The notes beneath the pieces were generated by a model, which searched no databases, had not been told where the DNA came from, and worked only from the letters and a program-made list of their open reading frames with translations. Positions 1-9,955 of a DNA stretch of 64,000 nt are shown in pieces. Positions within the stretch are counted from its first letter, which is position 1. The number at the start of each line of letters is the position of its first letter. This DNA is from Candidatus Xenobia bacterium (GTDB lineage Bacteria > Vulcanimicrobiota > Xenobia > Xenobiales > QWHO01). Location of the stretch: contig BTUM01000010.1 in the NCBI GenBank assembly GCA_045863235.1, forward strand, positions 63,242 to 127,241, read 5' to 3'. The translations under genes and the position numbers were made by a program.

Positions 1-1034
1 AGAATCCGGGCCAGGCTGTTCATGGGCTGGTTGTCCTCCAGCACCCAGGACACCTCCAGGGCCCGCCATTTCACGCGCACTCCCTCGCTCAAGACAGCGT
101 TCGCCAGGGCACCGGCCACCATGGCTCCGGAGAGATCGGCGCCGAGGTCGCGCCGCACCCCCAGCGCATAGCCGCGGAAGCGGTCAATGGACTTGCGCCC
201 CCAGAGGTAACGCAGCACGAAGCCAGGTGTGATGCGGCCTCGGGAGGCCTTGATGAGGGGGTTGTAGTTGGGGAGCAAGAACAGGCTCCCGACCTCCCGA
301 CCCTCATAGCTGGCCAGCCAGACCAGTTTCGGATCGAGAAAGTAGCGAGTCAAAAGCAGCAAGGCCTGCACCTGCTCCTCATCGATCGGCTCGAAACCCC
401 AGTTCCCTGACAGCGCGCTGTCAAAGACCTCAGCCATGCTACGAACGTCCTCGGTGAGGCGCGAGCGATTGAGCGTGCGCACCTCGACCCCGCACTGCTC
501 GGCTCGCTGGGCCGCCCTCCGGGCCACCTCGAGACGCGCGCTGTCGGGAAGGATCTCGTAGGCATAGAGGTCTTTGAGCTTGTGCATCCCGGCCTGCTCG
601 AGATACTCGAGATAGTAGGCCGGGTTGTAAGGCATCAGGAAGTAAGGCTCGTACTCGAAGCCCTCCACCAGAAGGCCGCTGTAGGACTCCTCCAGACGGA
701 AGTGGTACGGTCCTCGCATGGGAAGCTGAGGAGCCAGTTGGTGAGCTTCCTCCAACAGCCTGACCAGAGCCTCGCGGTGACCCTGAACGCACTCCAAGAA
801 GCCAAAGTGCAACGCATCCCCGTGGATCTTCACTCCCACCCGGGCTACCGGCTCTCCGTCCTCCAGAGCCAGGAGAAAACGCCTCTCCGGGTCGCGCAGC
901 CGCCCCATCAGCTGGCGCAGGTGCATCCAGACCGGAGGGACCCAGAGCGTGGCCGGGTCGCTGTGGACTCGCCAGGAGAGGTCCATGAAACGTCGTACCT
1001 GGGACTGGCGGATCACGGGCACGATCTTCAGCAT
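1..1034 (-). CDS. GNAT-fold N-acyltransferase, YghO / bacterial ceramide synthase-like (3' end outside window)
   Basis: Not in the ORF track because it runs off the edge. ATG at 1034 with GAGGTG RBS, overlapping the upstream stop. Translation MLKIVPVIRQSQVRRFMDLSWRVHSDPATLWVPP...LHFGFLEC...PYN..YY...LPNYNP...EVSWVLEDNQPMN matches YghO-like motifs. Confidence 0.75.
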   Translation of the reverse strand, partial: MLKIVPVIRQSQVRRFMDLSWRVHSDPATLWVPPVWMHLRQLMGRLRDPERRFLLALEDGEPVARVGVKIHGDALHFGFLECVQGHREALVRLLEEAHQLAPQLPMRGPYHFRLEESYSGLLVEGFEYEPYFLMPYNPAYYLEYLEQAGMHKLKDLYAYEILPDSARLEVARRAAQRAEQCGVEVRTLNRSRLTEDVRSMAEVFDSALSGNWGFEPIDEEQVQALLLLTRYFLDPKLVWLASYEGREVGSLFLLPNYNPLIKASRGRITPGFVLRYLWGRKSIDRFRGYALGVRRDLGADLSGAMVAGALANAVLSEGVRVKWRALEVSWVLEDNQPMNSLARI

Positions 1035-2194
1035 GAAACACCTCGTGCGACCCGGGCATACTGATCGAGAAGGTCACGGCACAGGTCGTCCCATTGCTGG
1101 GTCCTGGCAAAGGCGGCCGCACGCTCGCCAAAGGTCCTGCGCCGCTCCGGGTTGTCCACCAGCTCCTCGATCCTGGCGCAAAAGTCCTCCACGTCCCTGG
1201 GCACGGCATGATAGCCGTCCACGGCGTCGTGCACGACGTCCCTGGGCCCGCCGCAAGCGGCCACCACGCAGGGAAGTCCGCTGGCCATAGCCTCCAGGAC
1301 CACGTTGCTGAAGGTGTCGGTCATGGAAGGCTGGACGAAGACATCGGCCGAGGCATACATCCGGGCCAGCTCGGTCCCCTTCAGCCGGCCGGTGAAGACC
1401 GCTCGAGGCATCAGGCGCCGAAGCTCGCGCTCGCGTCTTCCGGTCCCGGTGACCACCATGCGGATGTCAGGCCGGGTGGCCTGAAACCGCTCGTAAATGC
1501 CGGCCAGGGTGTGCAGCTCTTTCTCCCAGACCAGCCGGCCCACGAAGAGCACTCTCCGGGTGGCCGGGCCGCACAGGTCGTCGGCGTACGCGAGGTCGCG
1601 CCGGCCGGGGTGGAAGAGCTCGGTGTCCACTCCCCTGCCCCAGACCGCCAGGCGACCCGCCTCGATGCCAACCTGCACCAGCTCCGAGCGAATGGAAGGA
1701 GTGGGGACAAAGAGCCGGTCGCAGCGATTGTAGAGCTTGCGCATGAACCACTCGAACAGCCTCTTCGATTGCATTCCCAGCCGGGGCCATCGCCTGAAGT
1801 AATAAGGAAAGTAGGACAGGAAGTGGGTGTGATAGATGGACACCACCGGGATGCCCCTGCGCTTGCCATAGCTCAGGGCATACCAGCCGAGAAAGGAGGG
1901 CGAGCTGAAGTGGACGAGGTCAGGGGCGAACGCGTCCAGCCTCTGGCCCAGCCTGCGGTTGAAGAAGGGCCAGCTGAGAGGGGCATCGTCGTGAAAGGGA
2001 TTGATGAGCCGGGGCACGACCAGCACCGGAAAGGGCAGTCGCACTCCCGGTGAAGGGGGGTAGCCGGTGACCAGCAACAAGTCGACGCTGGAGGCGGGTA
2101 CCCGCTGGATGAGAGAGTGAAGGGTGTGGGTTACGCCGTCCACGCCCTCCTTCAGGATATCCGAGAAAAGAGCCAGTTTAAGCCGTTCTGACAA
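1028..2194 (-). CDS. GT4 glycosyltransferase (MgtA/Agt-like glycolipid synthase type)
   Basis: GVDGV N-terminal motif, WGRGVD, FVGRL..EK, DTFSNVVLEAMASGLP; TTG start at 2194 inferred. Confidence 0.85.
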   Translation of the reverse strand: MSERLKLALFSDILKEGVDGVTHTLHSLIQRVPASSVDLLLVTGYPPSPGVRLPFPVLVVPRLINPFHDDAPLSWPFFNRRLGQRLDAFAPDLVHFSSPSFLGWYALSYGKRRGIPVVSIYHTHFLSYFPYYFRRWPRLGMQSKRLFEWFMRKLYNRCDRLFVPTPSIRSELVQVGIEAGRLAVWGRGVDTELFHPGRRDLAYADDLCGPATRRVLFVGRLVWEKELHTLAGIYERFQATRPDIRMVVTGTGRRERELRRLMPRAVFTGRLKGTELARMYASADVFVQPSMTDTFSNVVLEAMASGLPCVVAACGGPRDVVHDAVDGYHAVPRDVEDFCARIEELVDNPERRRTFGERAAAFARTQQWDDLCRDLLDQYARVARGVSC

Positions 2195-2285
2195 GCTGGA
2201 GCCTTCGAACGGCAACCGCGGCCTCCTGCAGGAGCGCTCCCCCCAAGCAGGAATCGAGCCTCTGCAACGGGAGCGGTCGATTCTC

Positions 2286-3449
2286 TTGAAAGTCCTGGAC
2301 ATCACCGAGTTCTATTCCGAACGAGGAGGGGGAGTGCGCAGCCATCTGACGCTGCGGGGCCGCGCACTGGGCGAGCTGGGGGTGGAGCAAGTGGTGGTGG
2401 CGCCCGGGCCGCGCGAGGAGGAAGCTCAAGGGGCGCTCTCGCGATTGATCAGGCTGCGCGGGCCGTCACTCCCCTATGATCCGACCTACCATCTGCTCGT
2501 CCGCCTGGACCGACTTCGTCAGGTCGTCAAACGCGAACGACCCGACGTGCTCGAGATTCACTCGCCCTACCTGGCCGCCCTGGCGGCGCTGTCGATTCCA
2601 CGCGCCTACTTTGGAATTCGCACCTTCGTGTGGCACTCCGACTTCATCGACACGCACCTGGGCCCCTGGCTTTCCCGGCGGTTGCCAGCCCCGCTGATGG
2701 GAGCCTTCCGGGCCACGATGTGGGCTCTGGTGCGCTCCCTGGCGGCCCGCTGCGAGGCCACCTTCGTGGCCGGGCAGGGCCAGGCGGCCAAGCTGCGCTC
2801 CCATGGCGTGCCCCGGGTGGTGCACCATCCCTTCGGGATCGACCGGGCCACCTTCTCACCGGCGGCGCGAGACGAGGCCCTGAGGAACCGGATGCTGGAG
2901 GGGTCCCCGCCCGGGTCGAAGCTGCTGGTCGGAGTGGGACGCTTTGCGGTTGAGAAGCAGTGGGACGTGGTCATCGAAGCCTTTGCCCGAGTCAGAGCCA
3001 GGCATCCGGCCGTGCTGGTGCTCTTCGGCGACGGTCCGGAGCGAAGAGCGCTGGAGCTTCTCGCCCGGGAGGTCGCCGGGATCCGTTTCGCCGGCTTTTC
3101 GCACGACCGTGTCCAGCTGGCCGCCGCGCTGGCAAGCGCCGACCTCCTGGTCCACGGATGCCCCTTTGAGACCTTCGGACTGGCCGTGGCCGAGGCCCTG
3201 GCCTGCGGCACCCCCGTGGTCGTTCCGGATCAGGGTGGAGCGCAAGAGTTGGCCGGGGAGGCCGTCGCTGAGCGCTACCGGGCCGGGAGCGCCCTGGCTT
3301 GCGCGGCCGCCATCGAGCGGATGCTGGAGCGGGACGAGGCGAGCCTGCGCCAGGCGGGAGAGACCGCATCCCAGAGCATTCCGGAAGTACGCGAGCAGAA
3401 CATTCGGCAGCTGGAAACCTACCGCAGGCTGCTCCAGAAGGGCGCCTAG
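2286..3449 (+). CDS. GT4 glycosyltransferase
   Basis: DITEFYSERGGGVRSHL N-terminus and ETFGLAVAEALACGTP; TTG start at 2286 inferred. Confidence 0.85.
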   Translation: MKVLDITEFYSERGGGVRSHLTLRGRALGELGVEQVVVAPGPREEEAQGALSRLIRLRGPSLPYDPTYHLLVRLDRLRQVVKRERPDVLEIHSPYLAALAALSIPRAYFGIRTFVWHSDFIDTHLGPWLSRRLPAPLMGAFRATMWALVRSLAARCEATFVAGQGQAAKLRSHGVPRVVHHPFGIDRATFSPAARDEALRNRMLEGSPPGSKLLVGVGRFAVEKQWDVVIEAFARVRARHPAVLVLFGDGPERRALELLAREVAGIRFAGFSHDRVQLAAALASADLLVHGCPFETFGLAVAEALACGTPVVVPDQGGAQELAGEAVAERYRAGSALACAAAIERMLERDEASLRQAGETASQSIPEVREQNIRQLETYRRLLQKGA

Positions 3450-3450
3450 C

Positions 3451-4188
3451 TTGCGGGTCCATGTCTCGCTGCACGATGTCTCCCCGGTCTTTGAAGCGGA
3501 AGTCGAAGCGGCTCTGGACCTGTGTCAAAAGGTTGGAGCCCGTCCGGCGCTGCTGGTAGTTCCCAACTATCACGGACGCTCGCCCCTGCGCGAGGCCCCG
3601 GCCTATTGCCAGCGGCTGCGCTCACTGCAGTCCGAAGGCCACGAGATCTACCTGCACGGATACCTGCACCGTTGCCGCAGCGAGGCTGGTGCCCGGGGTG
3701 ACGGACGGCCGGGCCCCTTGCGCCGCCTGATCGCCCAGCGAGTGGTCTCGGCCGGCGAGGCCGAGTTCAGCGACCTCAGTCGGCAGGAGGCCGCCGAGCG
3801 ACTGGACCGAGGGCTGGCGGACTTGCGAGAGGTGGGACTTCGTATCGACGGCTTCGTTCCTCCGGCCTGGTCGATGCCGGGCTGGGTGCACGGACTTCTG
3901 GCCGAACGGCGGGTCGGCTTCACCGAGGATCACTTCCGGGTGGTGGATCCGACCAGCGGCTCCACCCGACTGACCGTGCTGCTCAACTACGCCAGCCGGA
4001 CGCGGCTTCGACTGTATTCCACCGTCTGTTACTGCCGTCTGGCCCGCTATGCGGGCTGGCTGCTCCCGGCGCGCATCGCCATTCATCCGCAGGACCTGCG
4101 TGTTCCCCTGCTGCAGCGCGAGATTGTCGGTTTGCTCAACTGGGCGGCAGGCCGGCTGGTGCACCGGGGACGAGACCTGCTGGGCTAA
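3451..4188 (+). CDS. DUF2334 / polysaccharide deacetylase-like protein
   Basis: VSLHDVSP, LHGYLH, EAEF, GFVPPAW, IAIHPQD motifs; TTG 1 nt after the upstream stop. Confidence 0.8.
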   Translation: MRVHVSLHDVSPVFEAEVEAALDLCQKVGARPALLVVPNYHGRSPLREAPAYCQRLRSLQSEGHEIYLHGYLHRCRSEAGARGDGRPGPLRRLIAQRVVSAGEAEFSDLSRQEAAERLDRGLADLREVGLRIDGFVPPAWSMPGWVHGLLAERRVGFTEDHFRVVDPTSGSTRLTVLLNYASRTRLRLYSTVCYCRLARYAGWLLPARIAIHPQDLRVPLLQREIVGLLNWAAGRLVHRGRDLLG

Positions 4189-5504
4189 GATTGTCGACCG
4201 CTCCTGTCGTCGCTGAGTTTGGTTTGCAGGCGCACCCAGAAGACGACGGCCACCACCAGGTGCACGAGGGAGGTCGAGAGCGCGATCCCCGCCAGACCGA
4301 GTGGGCCGACGAGGAGCGCATTGAGCAGCACGTTGAGCCCGGCATTGAGCAGCCCCATGGAGACCATGATGCGGCTGTTCTGGAGGGCCACGTGGGCGCG
4401 CGCGAGGATGAGCAGGGCGCCGAAGGGAGGCACCCCGACCAGCGCCCAGGGTAAGATCGCAGCCATCCGCTCGACCCCGGACGCATCCATGCTCCCGTGC
4501 AGGAAAGCCAGACGAAGCAGCGGGACCCGAAGCCAGAACAGCGCAAGGCTGGCGACCGTCAAGAGAGCGCAGACCGTCAGCAGCGACCGCCGCAGGGTCT
4601 GCTCGAACCGCTCCAGGGAGCGGTCGGCCACGCTGTGAGACAGATGAGACAAGAGCACCGTCAGGACGGTTGCCTGGGCCAGGGAGTTTGGGACCGAGGC
4701 CACATCGGTTGCGTAGCGCAGCAGTGTGCCTCCCCCCACGATCGAGACGAAGCCGGCAAAGACCTGGTCGATAAAGGGGTTGATGCGGGTCACCGTGGTG
4801 CCGGCCACCTCCGAGCCCAGAAGTCCAGCCAGTCGCCGAACCGGCTCGGGACGAGCCAGAGAAAGCCGCAGTCGAATGGCGGCCGGACCGAGCGCCAGGC
4901 CGGCCAGCAGAGCGGCAGCCAGCAACTCGCCCAGCAGCATTCCCGTGGGGACGGCCAGGATCCCCAGCCGAAAGCGAGCCAGAGCGACGAAGATCAGGCA
5001 GACCAGAATGCCCAGGCCACTCGAGACCGGGTAGGCAAAATACCAGCTTCGGACATTGAGCAGCCCGACCAGAAAGGTCCGCAGGGTGAGTGCGACCAGG
5101 AAACACGAGAACAAGAGCACCAATGCGACTGCCAGCCCCAGTTTTGGCCCCTCGACAAACAGCCACGCGGCGGCGATCGCGGCTCCCCCCAGGGCGGCCG
5201 CCAGGACCGGCCCGAAGACCAGCAGGTGACCCAGGACCGAGCCGGCCACAGCCGGAAAGAGGGACGGCTCACGCCGATCCAGCTCGATCAGCACTGGCAT
5301 GAGGGCCGAGTCGTGAAATCCCGAGCTGAGCAGAGCCCCGGCAAAAGTGAAATAGGCCCAGAGGAGAAAAAAGAGGTCGGTTTCGTCCGTGCGGCCGAAC
5401 CAGGCGGCCAGCAACAATGGAAACAGCAGCTCGCCACTTCGAAGGACGATCTGCACCGGCAGCAAAAGCAGCGCCGTGCGCGCCACAGCGGGAGGACCGG
5501 ACAT
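4185..5504 (-). CDS. MurJ/MviN-like MOP flippase
   Basis: Many TM helices; AAWFGRTDETD, INPFIDQVFA, LAFLHGSMD, LGLAGIALSTSL; ATG at 5504. Confidence 0.75.
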   Translation of the reverse strand: MSGPPAVARTALLLLPVQIVLRSGELLFPLLLAAWFGRTDETDLFFLLWAYFTFAGALLSSGFHDSALMPVLIELDRREPSLFPAVAGSVLGHLLVFGPVLAAALGGAAIAAAWLFVEGPKLGLAVALVLLFSCFLVALTLRTFLVGLLNVRSWYFAYPVSSGLGILVCLIFVALARFRLGILAVPTGMLLGELLAAALLAGLALGPAAIRLRLSLARPEPVRRLAGLLGSEVAGTTVTRINPFIDQVFAGFVSIVGGGTLLRYATDVASVPNSLAQATVLTVLLSHLSHSVADRSLERFEQTLRRSLLTVCALLTVASLALFWLRVPLLRLAFLHGSMDASGVERMAAILPWALVGVPPFGALLILARAHVALQNSRIMVSMGLLNAGLNVLLNALLVGPLGLAGIALSTSLVHLVVAVVFWVRLQTKLSDDRSGRQS

Positions 5505-5547
5505 CTTTCGAGCAACTGCGGCAGGTCCAGGGAAAACGCCTGCCTGG

Positions 5548-7218
5548 CTGCTGAGGTGGACCGAGGGAGGCGCTCTGGCCTGGATTCTGGCAGCTGTTCT
5601 CCTGCTGCACCTCCCGGGCCTGGGCTGGGGCATCCCCGGTCCCGATGGCTGGGACGACGACGGCGTGGCCCCGCGCGACTTTCTGGTGGGGGTCGTGCAG
5701 ACCTATCAGCCGGGGGAGTTCTTCCGCTACCCGCCGGTGCATCTGTTGCTCCTGTCCTTCGTGACGCTCCCGATCTGGCTGGTGGGCGTCCTGAAGGCCA
5801 CCGCCCTCACACCGCAAGCCCTCGTTCACGAATTCATCCAGCCGCCCTACATGACAATGTTCGCGGTCATCGCTCGCCTGGTCACGGTGCTGATGTCGCT
5901 GGGCGTGGTGGCCCTGATGGCCAGGCTGGGCGAGGAGGTTTACGATCGCCGGACGGGGCTGTTCGTGGCCATCGTGGTGGGACTGAACACGCCCTTCACT
6001 TACTACTCCCAGACCAGCAACCTGGAGGTGCCCTACCTGTTCTGGAGCCTGTTCGCGCTGGTCGAGCTGGCCCGAACCATAGTTCGCCATGAGCCCGGCC
6101 GCCTGCCCACCGTCGGGTTGCTGGCGGCCCTGGCCGTGGGCACGAAAGACCAGGCAGCCGCTCTGCTCTTTTGCATCCCCCTGGCCCTGGCGGGCTGGTT
6201 TGTCCTTGACCCGTGGCCCCGCAACGAGTCGAGGCGGGTGCTCGGGAAGCTTGCCCGGGCTGCTCTGATAGCCCTTTCTAGCCTGGCCCTGCTCGATGGC
6301 GCTCTGGTCAATCCCCACGGCTTTGCCGCTCGAATCCGCTTTCTTCTTGGCAGCGGCAGTCAAGACCACGCCCTCTACCCGGACTCGTGGGCCGGCTACG
6401 CCGGTGTCCTGGGCGACAGTCTCCTCAGCTTTGGCTCGTTTTATCCCTGGCCGTTCCTGCTCTTGATCGTCTGGGGCCTGCTGCTGCACCTGGGCCAACG
6501 CAGGCCTGGCAACCAACTCGTAGCCGGTCTGCTACCCCTTCTTGCTGCTCTGTCCCTGACCCTGGCCTTCAACTGCCTGGTCCGTCGCACCGAGCATCGC
6601 TTCCTGCTCCCTCAGACCATGCTACTCGGCTTCTACGCCGGACTCGCCGTGAGCCGACTGGTTACGCTCAACCGACAGGCAGCCATGGTGGTGTTGGCCC
6701 CGCTGGGGGCCTGGGCACTATTCAACTGCCTGGCGGTGGACGCCAACCTCCTGCGCGATCCCCGTTACGACGCCGAGGCCTGGCTTCAGGCCCACGTCCG
6801 ACCAGGCGAGGTGATCGAGGTCTACGGCAACCAGGTATACTGGCCGCGGCTGCCTGCCTGGGCGCGCGTCGTGCGGGTCGACGACACAACCGTGGAGAGT
6901 CGCAGCGCGCTGCTCGAGGTGACCGAAATCCGGGCTCCCTACCAGGACGCGAGCCAACGCCGCCCCCGGTGGATCGTGGTCTCCGAGGTGTTCTCCTCGC
7001 GCTATCGCTCGCAGAGGACGAAGTTGGCGGCGGGCTACCGCCGGGACTCGGCGGCACGAGAATACTTCCAGCAACTCGAGCGCGGGCAGGCCGGCTACCG
7101 CGTGGCCCACGTCTCCAGGTTCGACTCGCGAGTCTGGCCCCGGGTCCAGATTCACGCCAGCACCGGCAACAATATCTGGATCTTCGAGCGCCTGGTCAGT
7201 GGCCAGCCAGCTCCATGA
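5548..7218 (+). CDS. GT-C (ArnT/PMT, GT39-like) membrane glycosyltransferase
   Basis: First TM helix followed by acidic GWDDD loop, YPP, multiple TMs, AVGTKDQ, EHRF. Start uncertain (GTG 5389 inside murJ, or CTG near 5548). Confidence 0.7.
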   Translation: MLRWTEGGALAWILAAVLLLHLPGLGWGIPGPDGWDDDGVAPRDFLVGVVQTYQPGEFFRYPPVHLLLLSFVTLPIWLVGVLKATALTPQALVHEFIQPPYMTMFAVIARLVTVLMSLGVVALMARLGEEVYDRRTGLFVAIVVGLNTPFTYYSQTSNLEVPYLFWSLFALVELARTIVRHEPGRLPTVGLLAALAVGTKDQAAALLFCIPLALAGWFVLDPWPRNESRRVLGKLARAALIALSSLALLDGALVNPHGFAARIRFLLGSGSQDHALYPDSWAGYAGVLGDSLLSFGSFYPWPFLLLIVWGLLLHLGQRRPGNQLVAGLLPLLAALSLTLAFNCLVRRTEHRFLLPQTMLLGFYAGLAVSRLVTLNRQAAMVVLAPLGAWALFNCLAVDANLLRDPRYDAEAWLQAHVRPGEVIEVYGNQVYWPRLPAWARVVRVDDTTVESRSALLEVTEIRAPYQDASQRRPRWIVVSEVFSSRYRSQRTKLAAGYRRDSAAREYFQQLERGQAGYRVAHVSRFDSRVWPRVQIHASTGNNIWIFERLVSGQPAP

Positions 7219-8440
7219 GCTCTTGCTGCCACACGCGCGAGCGCCCGCGGGCATTGAACTCGCGCTCGACCCGCTCACGGGCAGCCGCCCCCTGGCTGCG
7301 GCGCGTCTCGGCCTGGCGGGCGTAGCGGACGAGCTCGCGCCCCAGCGCGTTTACATCGGGAGGTCGACCGGGGACCAGGGTCCCGTGGATGCCGCCCTGG
7401 ATCATCTCCCCCAGGCCCCCCACGTCGAAAGCCAGCACGGGTTTGCCCATTGCCATCGACTCCAGCACGGCCCGCGGCAGGGGGTCCTCGTAAATGCTCG
7501 GCACGACGGCCACGTCGAAGTCGGCCACATAGGGCTTCACATCGCTTCGAGAGCCGATGAAGTGAAAGACCTCCCCGAGCCCCAGCTCCCCGACCAGCGC
7601 GCGGCACTGGGCCAGGTGGTCGGGTTGGACGTCGCCGGGGGTTTCGCCCAGAACGAAGAAGCGCACGTTCCCCCGCTCCTCGGTGGTCAACTCATCCAGC
7701 GCCAGACGGGCGGCCCTGATCATCTCGACATACCCCTTGCGCGGCAGGATCCGCCCCTGGCTGCCAAACACGATCGTGTCCCGGGAGAGGCCAAACTCGG
7801 CCCTCAGCCTCGGCTCGACCGCCGCGCTGGCGAACTCGTCCACGTCGATGGCGTCGTGCAGAACCCGCACTTTGTCCTGGCAATGGTCGAACAGGCGCGA
7901 GGTCGGCTCGGATACGCAGACGATGCGCCGCACCGACTTGCCGGCCGAGAGCCGCCGATGCAGCCCGGTGATGACCTTTCCCACTTGGGTGTAGAACACG
8001 TGCCACAGGGTGGGGACCCCGGTCCAGGCGGCCAGCGCCCCTCCCGCGAAATTGGCCGTGGTCCCGTTGCAGAAGACGGCGTCAAATCGTCCCTGACGAA
8101 CCCGCCGAGCCAGAGCCGCCGTCCCCGCAGCTCCTCGCAGGACGTTTCCGACCGCGCGCACTCCCCGCATCATCAGAGGAGCCGCCAGGTCCTCGCGCTC
8201 GATGGCCCGGCTCCAGGGCTCGAAGGGGTTCTCGATGAGATTGGGCTCGAAGAAGACCTCCTCGGCCACCTGGCCGAGGAGCTCGCCGATGAGGCCGTTT
8301 CTGGGAAGTACAACAGTGCGGTGAATGAGGTCCGGGTCGAGGAACTTCAGAATATAGAACAGGGTACGGCCTGGCCCCCCGTTCCGCCAGGTATCGTTGA
8401 GAAAAAGGACACGCAGCTTGCGATTCGGGGGATTGCTCAC
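7196..8440 (-). CDS. GT4 glycosyltransferase
   Basis: GGPGRTL, GRILPRKG, EDPLPRAVLESMAMGKP; GTG at 8440. Confidence 0.85.
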   Translation of the reverse strand: MSNPPNRKLRVLFLNDTWRNGGPGRTLFYILKFLDPDLIHRTVVLPRNGLIGELLGQVAEEVFFEPNLIENPFEPWSRAIEREDLAAPLMMRGVRAVGNVLRGAAGTAALARRVRQGRFDAVFCNGTTANFAGGALAAWTGVPTLWHVFYTQVGKVITGLHRRLSAGKSVRRIVCVSEPTSRLFDHCQDKVRVLHDAIDVDEFASAAVEPRLRAEFGLSRDTIVFGSQGRILPRKGYVEMIRAARLALDELTTEERGNVRFFVLGETPGDVQPDHLAQCRALVGELGLGEVFHFIGSRSDVKPYVADFDVAVVPSIYEDPLPRAVLESMAMGKPVLAFDVGGLGEMIQGGIHGTLVPGRPPDVNALGRELVRYARQAETRRSQGAAARERVEREFNARGRSRVWQQELMELAGH

Positions 8441-8536
8441 TCGCCCGCCGACTTCAGAGGCCTGATCGAGAATCCTCCTGCTCAACTTCGTCGCAGAAAG
8501 GAGAGAACGCTTGTCATCGAGTAAGTGCCGAGCTCC

Positions 8537-9955
8537 ATGATCGCCGCGAGGCTCGACTCCGGGCTGCGCAGGGTCGTCCCCTGGGCGGCCCTGGCGGCCC
8601 TGTTGCTCTGGTCTCCAAGCGCCCTCAGCCCCGACCATTCCTCCGACGACGCCGATCCCGAGGTGCTCAACCTGGCCTGGCGCCTGGCTCGGGGAGAGCC
8701 GCTCTATGGCGAGGTCGGCTCACCCCCCTGGGTCGTGAACCCCTACACCCCTCTCTACCTGTTCCTGGTGTCGCTGGGCCTGAAGCTTACCGGGCTCAGC
8801 TACCTTCCGGCCCGCTTCGTGTCGCTGGCGGCCACCCTGGCCGTGGTCATCGCCCTGGCCATGGTTTCGCGGCAGGTGACCGGGAGCATCCGGGCCGGGC
8901 TGTGGGCCGCGTGCCTCCTCACCCTGGTGCCTGCCGTCCTGCTCAATGAGGCCAGGCCCCACCCGCAGATGCTGGCCGTGGCGCTGTCGCTGTGGTCATT
9001 CGTGGCCTTCTCGAGCCGGCGAACTCTCCCGTCCGAGGTGGTCAGCCCCTGGCTGGCGGTGCTGGCGATCTACACCAAGCAGACCCAGGTCACCCTGCCG
9101 GTGGCCATGCTGATCTGGCTGGCCGGCCACGATCGCCGCCGGATGGGACGCTATGCTGGCTGGCTGGCGCTGTTCGGACTGCTTCCCCTGTTCGCCCTCC
9201 AGTCAGCCACCAATGGCCAGTTCCTCCACTCGATTCTGGCCATGAACCTGATCGGCTACGAGCCCGGGCAGATCCTGCCGCTGCTGGTGGACCAGGCCGG
9301 AGCCCTCTTCCCCTTCATCGCTCTGGCCCTGGTCCGTCTGGGGCAGCGCTGGCAGAACGGACAGCTCGAGCCGGTGGACTTCTACTTCGGCGCCCTCACC
9401 CTCACCACCGTGGCCTCGCTCGGTCGGCCCGGGGCATACAGCCAGTACGTGGTCGAGTGGTTGTGGATCACCGCTCTCTACCTGCTCTGGACCGGGGGGC
9501 TGCGCTTCGGGTCGGGTCGAGAGGCCCTGGGAGCCCTGCAGCTGGCTCTGGTCATCTGTTACGGTCTGGGCTTCATGGTCTTCTACCTGGTGCCCCGAGA
9601 GCAGGCCAGCCTGAGGGCGGCCCGGCCGGTGCGCGAGTTGCTCATGACCGAGCCCGGGCCGATGATCTCCGAGCAGGGGAGCTTCTCGCTCTTCACCCGG
9701 GGCGAGATCCACCTCCAGCTCTTCCACTTCATCGCCCTGTCCCGCCGCGGCCTGTGGGATCCAGCCCCCCTGTTCAGGGAAGTGGAGGAGCACCAACTGG
9801 CCTGGGTGGTGACCAAGTTCTCGCTGGAGGAGAGCGCCGGCGAGGGTGACGATCAGGCTCGCTTCCCCCCCGAGCTCGTGCAAGCCCTGCGGCGCAACTA
9901 CGTCCGCCGGGCCCAGATCGGCCCGTATTTCCTCTATCGCCCCCGGACGCCCTGA
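8537..9955 (+). CDS. GT-C-like polytopic membrane protein
   Basis: Acidic loop after TM1 (DDADPE), YTPLY, ARPHPQM, YTKQ, multiple TMs. Confidence 0.65.
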   Translation: MIAARLDSGLRRVVPWAALAALLLWSPSALSPDHSSDDADPEVLNLAWRLARGEPLYGEVGSPPWVVNPYTPLYLFLVSLGLKLTGLSYLPARFVSLAATLAVVIALAMVSRQVTGSIRAGLWAACLLTLVPAVLLNEARPHPQMLAVALSLWSFVAFSSRRTLPSEVVSPWLAVLAIYTKQTQVTLPVAMLIWLAGHDRRRMGRYAGWLALFGLLPLFALQSATNGQFLHSILAMNLIGYEPGQILPLLVDQAGALFPFIALALVRLGQRWQNGQLEPVDFYFGALTLTTVASLGRPGAYSQYVVEWLWITALYLLWTGGLRFGSGREALGALQLALVICYGLGFMVFYLVPREQASLRAARPVRELLMTEPGPMISEQGSFSLFTRGEIHLQLFHFIALSRRGLWDPAPLFREVEEHQLAWVVTKFSLEESAGEGDDQARFPPELVQALRRNYVRRAQIGPYFLYRPRTP

